DNA from: Candidatus Multivoradales bacterium
Lineage (GTDB): Bacteria; Acidobacteriota; Thermoanaerobaculia; Multivoradales; J023
Assembly (NCBI GenBank): GCA_965248925.1
Contig: CBDFLE010000005.1
Span: forward strand, 1,536,001-1,600,000
Direction: 5' to 3'
Length of the DNA stretch: 64,000 bases
Shown here: in pieces, positions 30,801 through 35,516 of the stretch
Numbering within the stretch: the stretch's first letter is position 1
Layout: each line of letters begins with the position of its first letter
Notes under the pieces: generated by a model
What the model was told of the DNA's origin: nothing
Seen by the model: the letters and a program-made list of their open reading frames with translations, nothing else
Databases searched by the model: none
Made by a program: the position numbers and the translations under genes

Positions 30801-31366
30801 AGGAAGCCACCCCAGCAAGTGCTCATTTTGCCGGCGGCGGTCAAATCACGATCGAACAGCTGCTCCACCGGCCAACGATCAGCCGGCACTTCACCAATCG
30901 CGTCAATGCCGTCTCGTAACAGAGGCCAGAACTCGGTCAAATGCCCGGCGCCCGGAAACCTGCAACCCATGCCGATGATCGCTATCGGTTCGTCGGCATC
31001 TAGACTGGAGACCGCGACTCTCGGCGACGGTGCCGGGTCGTCGCTAGTAGCCAGTTGCACCGCCAAGTGTCCTGCCAACGCATCGATCGTCGGATGGTCG
31101 TAGAGCAGCGTCGCCTCCAGCCCCAGTCCCAACCATTCCTCGAGCTCTCCGGAGAGACCCACCGTCTCGCGAGAGGCCAAACCGTAGCTGGAAAAAGGCT
31201 CTCGGACATCGACCTCCTGCGCCGTGCAGCCCAAGATTTCCGCCACACGATGGGCCAGCCAGAGCCGAAGCTCCGAGGCACTCGGAACGCCCCCCTGCCG
31301 GCCCGCGCCAGCGGGCGAATCCACCCCAGCATCAGACTTGGCTCCTCGCTTACCTTTCCTAGCCAT
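12884..31366 (-). CDS. Modular type I PKS, 6160 aa: ACP(load)-KS1-AT0-KR-ACP / KS2-AT0-KR-ACP / KS3-AT-KR-ACP / KS4-AT-KR-ACP
   Basis: N-terminal ACP (YGLASRE). KS1 DTACSSS/HGTGT/GHLEAAAG; KS2 QTHCSTS; KS3 and KS4 QTFCSTS. AT sites GVGVG and GQGLG (no Ser), then GYSLG and GHSMG. Four KRs with ITGGLGG and a catalytic YxxxN. Four carriers with LGG(N/T)SL. No DH or ER motifs seen. Confidence 0.97.
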   Translation of the reverse strand: MARKGKRGAKSDAGVDSPAGAGRQGGVPSASELRLWLAHRVAEILGCTAQEVDVREPFSSYGLASRETVGLSGELEEWLGLGLEATLLYDHPTIDALAGHLAVQLATSDDPAPSPRVAVSSLDADEPIAIIGMGCRFPGAGHLTEFWPLLRDGIDAIGEVPADRWPVEQLFDRDLTAAGKMSTCWGGFLDRVDLFDARFFGISPREAERMDPQQRLLLEVAWQTFEHAALAPGRLRGSKTGVFVGLATSDYGQLQIRDRAQIDAYVGTGNAGSIAANRISYSFDFQGPSLALDTACSSSLVAVHAACQSLRSGESTLALAGGVNLILLPETTMVFSKAGLMAADGRCKVFAAAADGYVRSEGVGLVLLKPLSSALADGNRIYSQIRGVAVNQDGASNGLTAPNRFAQEEVLRQAYNQAGVSPAAVHYVETHGTGTELGDSIELSALGAVVGVDRRDAEPCAIGSVKSNLGHLEAAAGIAGLIKVVLAFQHRRVPPSLHFHPDTANALLAGQALRVVDGLEEWELGGREDAPPALAGVSSFGFGGTNAHVVLEEPPAVAPSGESRLWQLLLCSAKTGSALAAVSAELADFLESTEVELADVAFTSQLGREALDRRRMVLCRGAAEAAAALREGDAERVLSSTVSPHQPSVSFLFADSKLASLEPVLELYSVEGYFRRQLDHCRDLLRAHTGLELIDWLKATAKPQVAAPRQFSIQYSLARMWMAWGVEPGRLIGVGVGLDVAACLAGVFTLEEALLRVAVGSALVDRSLAESAEIELLVPRIPLLSLATGRQVDLEEAENSDLWSRSASVESCTAVLRDAAGEEGALLLEIGPDDMLSGLARKLGQSVESQVLCSLVVGQLAPQAALLHNLGQLWLAGVEIDWRAFNRGEQRSFVDLPTYPFERQSFWFGPPRAADSAAAQLLEKFDDSDPRLEFEDWFTVPQWCLGPSEGADGGEVEARTWLFFLDRAGLGQAVAARLERDGHRVYRVLAGAAFSNSDDGVWTIDPTAVEDYRSLLAALDQVPQQIVHLWNFDHCGVDSAARERQIELSFYSLLFLAQAVDRVRDAADIDLTVVSSGLHRLPADPASQPEKALLTGPCRVLPLELPWLSCHSVDLEPPPDDAAALQLLVDSTVEELTARAAGGHPERVAYRAKERWVERFQQVAVEPAESALAGLRQGGVYLITGGLGGVGLGLAEELARSCAARIVLLGRSALPQRDTWQEVVEREAAAADGPEERIRKILAIEKLGSEVLILQADVADSLAMGRAIQQATERFGGIDGVFHAAGIPGAGLVRFKTRQMVARALAAKVQGTRVLEEVLASLELDFVVLFSSVIAVTGGGIGQLDYCAANAFLDAMAVNSDLPGRVLSINWGWWQWGLWDQSLAGFRPEFQTYLKTCRARYGVDFEQGMRALVWCLGQPEPQLIVSPRAFAIVQRDSRRATAANLFGLTAEPVSSPGLAAGIHPRPELSTRHVPPASELEQQISEIWRRGLGLDRVGRNDNFFDLGGNSLIGQQLTLELASTLGLKIDEVSLYEAPTVATLAQVLSRGSEPREAPTQDVDGVHRGGYQHEDIAIVGMAGRFPGARSSQQLWQLLVEGREGISTFSDPELLAAGVAPELIAQDNYVKSRPVLDDVDLFDASFFDFTPSEARLTDPQQRLFLECSWEALEDAGQDPEQFGGAIGVFAGTNISTYWLSQLADPEMADMATVLSTVISNDKDSLSTRTAYKLDLRGPAVSVQTHCSTSLVAVHMARQSLLSGDSDLVLAGGSAIRVPVRVGYLYQEGGTDSADGHTRSFDAAARGTPLGDGVAVVALKRLSDARRDGNQIYAVIKGSAINNDGSLKVGFHAPSVDGQAAVVAAALAEAGVEAESVSYVEAHGTATPLGDPIEFAALTKAFRQTTKRLGFCGIGSAKSNLGHLDKASGVTGLIKTALALRHRRIPATLHFERPNPKLHLSASPFFVVSELTEWESVSGPRRAGVNSLGMGGTNVHVVLEEAPSEAPSGPARQWQLLLVSARTDSALATVCDNLCGYLEENPSSSLADVAYTLMLGRRAMEHRRLVVADQAGQAVSSLRRGDSEQIRSRHHDEAPASVTFQFTDLTAGADLWGEECYRREKVYREVVDQCAERFGFELGPDRELESAPPWLAAALLFANQLALGRQLLSWGIRPSALQGQGLGEAAAACLAGVLSLGDAADLVGRRARELAQVASVTPNGVAPGESLTESLGAPAIPLLSPSGIRLSAQEVTDPAYWRRWMSRPLDCPDATEQEADDRYRLLLEIGVGQQLDGGSDLSATAECNLAVLGFESTTGSGEQLDEIARLLRTVGELWLRGVDIDGAAFFAAQQRRRLALPTYPFERQSYWVESSAGPSAPDVPAELKVYLAEAPAAFDDWLYSPQWRPQPLPLLAADPLSDKADPWLLLVDSGGLGAALAARLEQLGQVVWVVEVGAEFVRHNDRSWTLRPAELEDFRQLLADLDAAPRRIVHLWSLAVEEVANSIPEDCLVDQLEYGFYSLLACIQGLGELRDATEIELTVVSSGIHRITGEEVLHPQSATLLGPCRVAPLELPLLRCRSLDLDLHGAAGEASWSQSGELRALLDELMAEPLETAEQGGHTVAAYRQGERWVETFVPLPAPEEVVTPLRQGGVYLITGGLGGLGLGLAEHLVRHFAAKLVLVSRTRPGQVADRLERLQELEDLGAEVLVLVADVTVEVELRRAVEQALEHFGKIDGVVHAAGVPGAGLAQLKTREMAAQVLAPKIQGSWVLDRVFADHQLDFMALFSSVVALTGGGPGQVDYCAANAFLDAFAAQRSARGQRTIAIDWNEWQWDAWQEGLTDFAPQMRNFFAASRQRFGIDFDRGGRAFERALAQAEARIVVTPRRLPTLFELGRKFTLDNLLRGFGVVAAPARTGDTPPPDLSVEELERRVAEILQRLLGVEQVGVDDNFFDLGGNSLLGLQVTAELKQVVGRDVPATLLYEAPTASTLARALAPAAVAAGGAKPRLAVRRRRATGPEVESHIAIIGMAGRFPGARNTTELWRNLQQGVESVTFFSDEELRAAGVEEALLRDPTYVKAGAVLEDIDRFDAELFGYSPREAELMDPQHRFFLEAAWEALENAGYDSQQYGGAIGVFGGSNISTYLLNQIISDPQTAAAVDPMQAGIVNSADSLTTKVSYKLGLTGPSIAVQTFCSTSAVANHLACRSLARGDCDLALAGGVRIAVPHRVGYQWQTGSIDSPDGHTRAFDAAGQGAVVGNAVALLVLKRLDEAQADGDQIYAVIRGTAMNNDGSLKVGYTAPSVDTQAQVIAAAMVEAGVEPATLSYVEAHGTGTELGDPIEVAALSKAFADVGREFSCALGSVKTNMGHLDRAAGATSLIKTALALHHSQIPASLHFKRPNPETRLAESPFCVNTELTPWPAGEAPRRAGVNALGIGGTNVHFVLEEAPPAAPASPSRAAQLVVLSAKTEAALEQLTDRLAEHLQQHPEAEVADFTHTLQRGRRLLPHRRVLVGKSVEDLGSALAQRDPQRLFSYFDQSTNRSVAFLFPGLGDQYVGMAQGLYDSEPTFRRHLDLCAEKLVPWLDHGLLELLFPAAQQGGGEAAKPDLRSLLRGGVPSDDASRLLNRTANVHPAIFAVEYSLAQLLIEWVGEPQAMAGYSLGEYTAACLSGVLSLDAALELVTLRAQMIDQLPPGGMLAVPLSRREVEPLLGSELSLAAVNGPAMSVLAGSEAAIAALAEHLTAKEVACRRLATSHAFHSYMMEPIVEPFTRLLEKTELRRPRIPFVSNVTGRWILDEEAMDPAYWAHHLCRPVLFHDCLQKLIDGGDRVLVEVGPGQSLGSMVKQHPAYSPQTAQPVLATLPAAFLRQPDQDLLLRTLGKLWLAGVRIDWTAFYRYEKRRRVPLPTYPFADQRFWIGPEQGRLRTAAVEVKGDPEEWFYRPIWRPTDLSPSDPSNSGEEPAAATSWLLLADALSVGRCLAERLTSAGHRVTTVVAGAAFERQSASEFVLDPGQADQYQDLLKTLHNEDRLPSRVVDLWSLSGSEAVRSSPFEETQERGFYSLIHLVRAFCEVAATRPWAIDVVANGLWSVAGTEKLWPEKATLLGPCKVIPQEYPQVACRVIDLEVTDSVTEAESLSERLRDELAADLPDRMVALRASGRWVQDFESAPLASPEGLDKLRREGVYLITGGLGGIGFVLAEYLARELDAKLILTGRSELPARDSWAEYVDNAGIADELAHKIRRLQRLEELGAEVLVLAADVADPERMQQVVEQAEERFGTIDGLLHAAGLVRPEAFGLLAEISREKCVAHFRPKVQGLWVLEQVLADRKLDFRLLFSSTSAVLGGLTMGAYASANLFMDAFAEQRNRRSPGRWTTVNWDIWEVHGDELRELREHGSEADLGEFRMMLSEEGRGMTAEQGIEAFRRVLASSATHLVHSPSDLGTRLEQWIEHRAVVETVSPSLYARPNLQTPFVAAQSFGERRIAEIFQRILGVEEVGLHDNYFDLGGTSLTAIQVTVALQEEFGGQISPNLLFAAPSVSELAKRLLPQTAEQPTAALAAAVERRRQRPSTDGRQEIAIIGMAGRFPGARDVEEFWSNLEAGVETLSIFSDEELLAAGVPEEEFKDPNYVRVRPVLDGVELFDSAFFGFSPREAELMDPQHRVFLETAWTALEHAGYDAQRYAGAISLFAGSNISTYLLGMLGSPEFMDSVSELETAITNDRDSLTTRVSYKLNLRGPSMAVQTFCSTSLVATHLGAQSLLTGESDIALAGGVSIRVPQKVGYRFDPGGQDSPDGHTRSFDAKAQGTVFGDGVGVVVMKRLADALADRDTIHAVIKGSAINNDGSLKIGYTAPSIEGQAEAIAMALDHAGVRAESIGYVEAHGSATDLGDPVEAAALTKAFRLGTEACGFCAIGSVKSNFGHLDRAAGVAGLIKTVLALREEVLPPTLHFEEPNPKIELAASPFFVNNKRLEWKSNGRPRRAGVNSLGVGGTNVHVVLEEAPQRQPSGVSRAWQLLPISARTVAARDTASSSLASLLLRESMGSTAKSPLPDVAFTLQMGRREFEQRRFAVTRDAEEAVAQLAAPDADGVSCGRARKMPPRVVFLFPTGDHYLDMSAGLYQQEAVFRQEVDRCAELLEDELDGIDLRQLLFSGMPADAVARTKSPPSLRHLLGRGGGERDEAAGPLNELRFSQPATFVVEYALARLLMSWGILPQALIGHSMGEYVAACLAGVFSLEGALRLVARRSRLMQERMPAGGILAVPLPEEEVLELLSDELSLAAVNAPSVSLVSGPKAALDALQQKLESRDLICQRLAANHLIHSPLLAEIGDEVRELLREAQLAPPQIPFVSNLTGTWIEPAQATDPEYWIRHMCETVRFADGVRTLLEEPEAALIEVGPGQGLCSFVKLHPECRRGHPRVIAPTLRPAHETRPDQAFLLDTVGRLWAVGVGIDWSGFSAGEERHRLPLPTYPFERQRFWIEPLSLRQIQAGGAALAGAEESAEEGAVSLDKFDKNPEPSQWFFVPVWNQTVPSFSVSSGQGHADAAAVEGGSCLVLGGEKGLGSRLVERLVQGGLQVTQVTLAESFTRLGRGTYALDPCQQDQIRQLLAEMKSDQRLPDRVIHLWSLSDEAGAQADEIEAALDRGFYPLISLAQAMGDICADRALRLAVVSDGLQSVTGEENLRVEVSPLIGPCRVIPQEYPQTTCHSIDVVLPPADSPQEGELLEQLFAELAGSAGETMIALRGGRRWVQEFEPLELPAGVGQTPLRREGVYLITGGLGGIGLAVARHLFATRGARLALLSRSGLPTRETWAEQLEVEGSVADKIHQVMALEEAGAEVLVLTADVADRRQMQRAVDQTLEAFGTLNGVFHTAGVPAAGLMQLSTREAAAAVLTPKVQGTLVLAQVTAQLPLDFMLLFSSMNSATGGGPGQVDYSAANAFLDAFAVARSQAGQRVLALDWGEWQWDAWQEGLMGFDPLIQAFFKKNRRKFGVSFEEGMTAIERTLSVPVPRVVVSTVDFRVMLRLSRHFNVATILEAVRADQGERPFHPRPLLGVSFVAPASKLEQQIAGIWRQLLRLEEIGVHDSFFELGGNSLLGVDLTRIMKDALRVEIPMYALYESSTVRAMTEFVEQSGDQSEHLDQRRERGASRRQRAQQQRRRGRTQRGPQA

Positions 31367-33149
31367 GAGCTGACCTTCCCTTCCGATCGTTGCCCACAGG
31401 TCCTTGAGACCCAGCGACCGTCGTCACCGTTCCGTCAAGGAACTGGCGGCGGCAGACTTGGCGACAGACTTTGCCACTGGTGGTCTTGGCGAGACCTCTG
31501 GGGGGCAACAGACAAATCCGCTGCACCCGCACACCAAACGCCTCTGACACTGTCCGGCGGATCACGGCGCAAATGGCGTCAGCGTCTACCTCAGATCTTC
31601 GGCCCATCACTTCAGCCATCAGAATTAGCTTCTCCTGACGCCTCTCAGGAATAGAAAACGCGACGCAACAACCAGATCGGACAGAGGGATGGCAGCGCTC
31701 CACCAAGCGTTCAATGTCTTGGGGAAAATGATTGCGTCCATCGATGATGATCAAGTCCTTGATGCGTCCTGTAATGAACAACTCACCTTCCTTGAGGAAG
31801 CCACAATCGCCGGTGCGCAGAAAAGGGCCCGCCGCGGATCCCGCCAGCCGTGCGCCAAAGCTCTCGCGCGTCTCCTGCGGCAAATTCCAATAGCCCTGTG
31901 CAACACTGCCTCCGGCGAGCCAAATCTCACCCGGCCGGTCTTCCGCACAGCGCCTCGAAGCGGCATCGACAATGGCTACCTCGAGCCCAGATCCAAGCCG
32001 CCCACAGGCCACCAAGCGTCGCACCGTGGCAGTCTCCGGAGTAGCCTCGACAATGCGGTCTTGAGCCAAAGCCTCGGCATCAACAGGCAAAAAAACCGGC
32101 TCCGTTCCGCGCTGGCCGCAGGAAACCAGCAACGTCCCTTCCGCCAGCCCGTAGACCGGGCGCAGCGCCCCCCGTTTCAGTCCACACGATGCAAAACGGT
32201 CGCCGAACTCCTCCACGGTTTCGGCGAACACCGGCTCAGCGCCATTGAATGCGGTTCTCCAACTACTAAGATCCAGACCTGAACACCGACCAGCAGTAGC
32301 CTTGCGGCCGCAGAGTTCATAAGCAAAATTCGGCCCACCACTAATGGTTACTCGATAGCGAGAGATACCCTCCAGCCAGCGCAACGGGCGCTGCAAGAAA
32401 GCCAGCGGTGACATCAGATAGGAAGGAAAGCCGCAGAAAACCGGCAAAAGAACGCCCTGAATCAGCCCCATGTCATGCGAGGCCGGCAGCCACGAAAAGC
32501 CGACACCGGACTCATCCTCCTCCGACACCTGCGCCATATAGGAAAGATTGTGAAAGAGATTTCGGTGGCTGACCTTCACTCCCTTGGGCGAGCTGGTGGA
32601 GCCAGAGGTGTATTGTAAGAAAGCGACGGAGTCCAGAGCGATCGGTTCATCGAGGCACGCGGTCGCCGATTCGCGGCCGACCTCGTCAGTCAGCAACCAG
32701 GCGACACCCCGCGCCGCCTCAATCTGCCGTAACAAACGCTCGAGAATCGGCTGTTGTCGAGCCGTCGTCAGGACGATCTTAGGCGCACAATCGGCAAAGA
32801 TCGTTGCCAACCTCGAGAAAGCACTTGCCGGCCTCTTCGGATGAGGCAAGAGACTCGGTACCGCGAACAGCCCAGCACGTAGACAACCAAAGAAAGCCGT
32901 AACAAACTCCAAACCGGGAGGATAGAGTAGCACCGCCCGCTCACCACTCAGTCCCTTCTGCTGCAGCCAAGCACCGATCGACATCGCCCTTTGGTCTAGC
33001 TCACCATAGGTCAACCAGGCGTTTTCTTCTTCGCCATGAGCTAGAAAAGTGTAGGCCCTATCACTTTTCCGCTCGCTCGCTCTGCGTCGAAGAATACTTA
33101 GCAGGTTGTTGCCATCTCCGGTCGAGTCACCAGCCGTCTCAATTCTCAT
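31359..33149 (-). CDS. Fatty acyl-AMP ligase (FAAL), PKS starter loading
   Basis: FLQYTSGSTSSPKGV, SWLPASHDMGLI, GGPNFAYELC, YGLAEGTL, FLRTGDCGF, GRIKDLII and KTTSGK are FAAL-type motifs. Start placed at ATG 33149 (AAGGAG upstream); the ORF track extends to 33245. The stop overlaps the PKS start by 8 bp. Confidence 0.93.
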   Translation of the reverse strand: MRIETAGDSTGDGNNLLSILRRRASERKSDRAYTFLAHGEEENAWLTYGELDQRAMSIGAWLQQKGLSGERAVLLYPPGLEFVTAFFGCLRAGLFAVPSLLPHPKRPASAFSRLATIFADCAPKIVLTTARQQPILERLLRQIEAARGVAWLLTDEVGRESATACLDEPIALDSVAFLQYTSGSTSSPKGVKVSHRNLFHNLSYMAQVSEEDESGVGFSWLPASHDMGLIQGVLLPVFCGFPSYLMSPLAFLQRPLRWLEGISRYRVTISGGPNFAYELCGRKATAGRCSGLDLSSWRTAFNGAEPVFAETVEEFGDRFASCGLKRGALRPVYGLAEGTLLVSCGQRGTEPVFLPVDAEALAQDRIVEATPETATVRRLVACGRLGSGLEVAIVDAASRRCAEDRPGEIWLAGGSVAQGYWNLPQETRESFGARLAGSAAGPFLRTGDCGFLKEGELFITGRIKDLIIIDGRNHFPQDIERLVERCHPSVRSGCCVAFSIPERRQEKLILMAEVMGRRSEVDADAICAVIRRTVSEAFGVRVQRICLLPPRGLAKTTSGKVCRQVCRRQFLDGTVTTVAGSQGPVGNDRKGRSAHG

Positions 33150-33407
33150 TGCAGCCCGAACTCCTTGAAACTCTGTGTGGATTCCATCAAGCAACAGCGC
33201 CATCCGACGCTGGCGATACCACCTACACATACCGTCAGCACACACTCAAGTGCCGCACAGCAGTGAAACGTACTGACGCTTGCTATGTACAGAACTGGCA
33301 AACAAACCATCGTCAAGCCGCGGAAAGACAGCCTTTCGGCAACGCTATCCGGAACTCGAGGTAGCGAGTAGAAATCAGCAGAAACGAAGGGTTATCGGCC
33401 ACAGGAG

Positions 33408-33419
33408 CACGCTGCCGCC
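33408..33419 (-). promoter_or_regulatory. ops-like element (GGCGGCAGCGTG) in the leader of the FAAL-PKS operon
   Basis: 11/12 match to the RfaH ops consensus GGCGGTAGCGTG, on the sense strand ~260 nt upstream of the FAAL start. The mismatch is at the important T6 position. Confidence 0.3.
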
Positions 33420-34085
33420 AGCGGTTGGCTCAAACACTCAGAGCCGCAGACTTCTGACTACCCCTCAGCCAGAACCGAGCATGAATGCCCGTTGTTATAC
33501 GACCAGATTCTAGGGAGGAACTCGGGAGGATGCCTGCTGGCCAAACGTAGCCGAAGGCACGTTCGGTAAAGGCTGATAGTCCGATCGAGGGAGGAACTGG
33601 TTTTCCCGGATGGGCGTTCGGGGAGGAGAAAAGGGCAAATCTTCAAAGGTAAATCTCATGTTGTACGAGCCTCGGTCAATATCCGCTGGGGGATCGTTGT
33701 GTAGTGCTAGGAAACATAACATACCCGCACTTCGGGCCCTCGTCGATCCGCAAAGATCAGTGAAAATCTCTGAATCTGCGTATCGCGTTAGCGATCCCAA
33801 CAGAACCCTAGGTGAACGCCAGTGAAGCTGCGGAGGCTATGAAATCGAGCCAGCAACCTCCTCGACTAGAACAACTCGGGAGCGGCATCCGTAGGCCTAC
33901 TGAGAAGAACCTCTCGCTAGGGCCAGTAGTACTCAACTGGCGGCCGAGTTGTCTGCGGTTGCAGTGCAAGACGACTCATTGATCGGAGAAATTGCTCTCC
34001 ACTCTTACACCATAGACGTCAATCTAGTGTTACACTCTCGCGCGGTTCCTCTGCTCTCACTTGAGTATGCAGGATGCCTGCTGTC

Positions 34086-34134
34086 GACAACTTGTGGACA
34101 ACCTATTGACAACCTAACAGTTACGCAGTAAGAC
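34086..34134 (+). promoter_or_regulatory. Putative sigma70-type promoter with three 11-bp-phased GACAAC direct repeats
   Basis: GACAAC at 34086, 34097 and 34108. Perfect TTGACA at 34106-34111, a 17-nt spacer, then a weak -10 TAAGAC at 34129-34134, upstream of the fkbK-like gene. Confidence 0.4.
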
Positions 34135-34136
34135 AA

Positions 34137-34226
34137 CAAGAGAGCAAGAGAGCAAGAGAGCAAGAGAGCAAGAGAGCAAGAGAGCAAGAGAGCAAGAGAG
34201 CAAGAGAGCAAGAGAGCAAGAGAGCA
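34137..34226 (+). repeat. Perfect octamer tandem repeat (CAAGAGAG)x11 + CA
   Basis: Read directly; ends 4 nt before the GTG start at 34231. Confidence 0.97.
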
Positions 34227-34230
34227 TTTC

Positions 34231-35097
34231 GTGAAAGAGAACAAACCTTTGCAGTTTCCCACCGTGGGCGTGGTTGGTGCCGGCGTCATGGGTATCGGGC
34301 TGGCTCAGAATCTGGCCCAGACCGGACACCAGGTTCTGCTCAATGACCGGACGCAAGAAGACCTCGACAAGGCTCTTCTCTCGATCCGCCAGAATCTCCG
34401 CCTGCACCGCTTCTTTACCGGCGAAGAGCCCGCCTACAGCACCGCCGACGCACTGGCCAAGATTACCTCCACAGTTGACCTCGAGGACTTGGCGCAAGCT
34501 GACTTCGTAGTCGAGAACGTCACCGAGAAGTGGGCCGCCAAAGAGCAGGTCCATGGACGTTTGAATAAGATCTGCCCCAAGTGCGTGGTCGGGGTCAACA
34601 CTTCAGCCCTCTCCATCACCCGAGTCGGTTCCCTATACGACCGCCCCGAACGGATCGTCGGCATGCACTTCATGAATCCAGTGCCACTCAAACCGGTGGT
34701 CGAGGTGATTCGCGGCCACCACACGTCTGCGCAATGTCTGGAGACTACCCACAACTTCTTGGCCGAAATCGGCAAGGAAGGCATAGTCGTCAACGACATG
34801 CCCGGCTTCGTCTCCAATCGAGTGCTCATGTTGACTGTCAACGAGGCGATTTTCCTGGTGCAAGATCAAGTCGCGCCCGCCGCCGACATCGACCGCATCT
34901 TCAAGACCTGCTTCGGACACAAGATGGGCCCTCTGGAAACCGCCGACCTGATCGGTCTCGACACCATTCTCTACTCGCTCGAGGTTCTCTACGAGAGCTA
35001 CTGCGACAGCAAGTACCGTCCGTCGCCGCTGTTGAAGAAGATGGTAGACGCCGGCCTGCATGGTCGAAAAAGCGGAGAGGGCTTTTACAACTACTGA
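34231..35097 (+). CDS. 3-hydroxyacyl-CoA dehydrogenase family protein, FkbK/ZmaG-like (glyceryl-ACP oxidation)
   Basis: Rossmann GVVGAGVMG, VVENVTE, NTSALSIT, GMHFMNP, PGFVSNR, MGPLETADLIGLD. Adjacent to an ACP and FkbH. Confidence 0.92.
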   Translation: MKENKPLQFPTVGVVGAGVMGIGLAQNLAQTGHQVLLNDRTQEDLDKALLSIRQNLRLHRFFTGEEPAYSTADALAKITSTVDLEDLAQADFVVENVTEKWAAKEQVHGRLNKICPKCVVGVNTSALSITRVGSLYDRPERIVGMHFMNPVPLKPVVEVIRGHHTSAQCLETTHNFLAEIGKEGIVVNDMPGFVSNRVLMLTVNEAIFLVQDQVAPAADIDRIFKTCFGHKMGPLETADLIGLDTILYSLEVLYESYCDSKYRPSPLLKKMVDAGLHGRKSGEGFYNY

Positions 35098-35207
35098 GCC
35101 GCCACCGCGAAGCTTCGAACCTGCATAGGGCGGGGTTTTATCAACTCAGCCTCATCGGGATCATGCAGAGTCAACATCAACATCCAGCCATCGCACCGTG
35201 AGGATCA

Positions 35208-35456
35208 ATGGACAGAAAGAACAAGATACGAACTTTCTTGGCCGGCTTTTTTCGCAACGTAGAGGTTGCGGACGACGATGACATCTTCGCCAAGGGGTTC
35301 GTCAACTCCTTGCTCGCCTTACAGCTCGTCGGATTCCTCGAGAAGGAATTCAAGATCACCATCGAGGACGAAGATCTCGATTTCGACAATTTTCGTACAA
35401 TCTGTTCCATCGATAGTTTGATTGCTCGGAAGTTACCGCAGCCGGTGGAAGCCTGA
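35208..35456 (+). CDS. Discrete acyl carrier protein, FkbJ/ZmaD-like (hydroxy-/methoxymalonyl-ACP type)
   Basis: 82 aa, DDDDIFAKGFVNSLLALQLVGFLEKEFKITIEDEDL..DNFRTI; the G.VNSL motif is typical of extender-unit ACPs. Confidence 0.9.
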   Translation: MDRKNKIRTFLAGFFRNVEVADDDDIFAKGFVNSLLALQLVGFLEKEFKITIEDEDLDFDNFRTICSIDSLIARKLPQPVEA

Positions 35457-35516
35457 GGCCTCCTTCGTCTAATTTTTCAATAGTGCCGCTGCCCAATCTT
35501 CGCAATAGGTGAGAGT

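Noticed and set aside
47-31654. Many long plus-strand ORFs over the PKS genes (e.g. 7120-8532, 9652-10686, 15428-17113, 27518-28681), some similar to each other
   Set aside because: Antisense shadows of high-GC coding DNA; their mutual similarity mirrors the repeated KS/AT/KR domains on the minus strand.
33150-34085. Small ORFs or a structured ncRNA/riboswitch in the divergent intergenic region
   Set aside because: The ORFs lack coding-like composition or RBS, and no known RNA motif was recognisable by eye; an Rfam/Infernal scan would be needed.
34093-34101. TGTGGACAA as a DnaA box / origin
   Set aside because: Single one-mismatch copy, no box cluster or dnaA context; better explained as part of the GACAAC repeats.
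34137-34226. Repeat array as a CRISPR
   Set aside because: 8-bp units with no spacers, and no cas genes in the window.
34005-34554. Minus-strand ORFs with (LALLLSCS)n repeats resembling a lipoprotein or membrane peptide
   Set aside because: Merely the translation of the octamer repeat and antisense of the fkbK-like gene.
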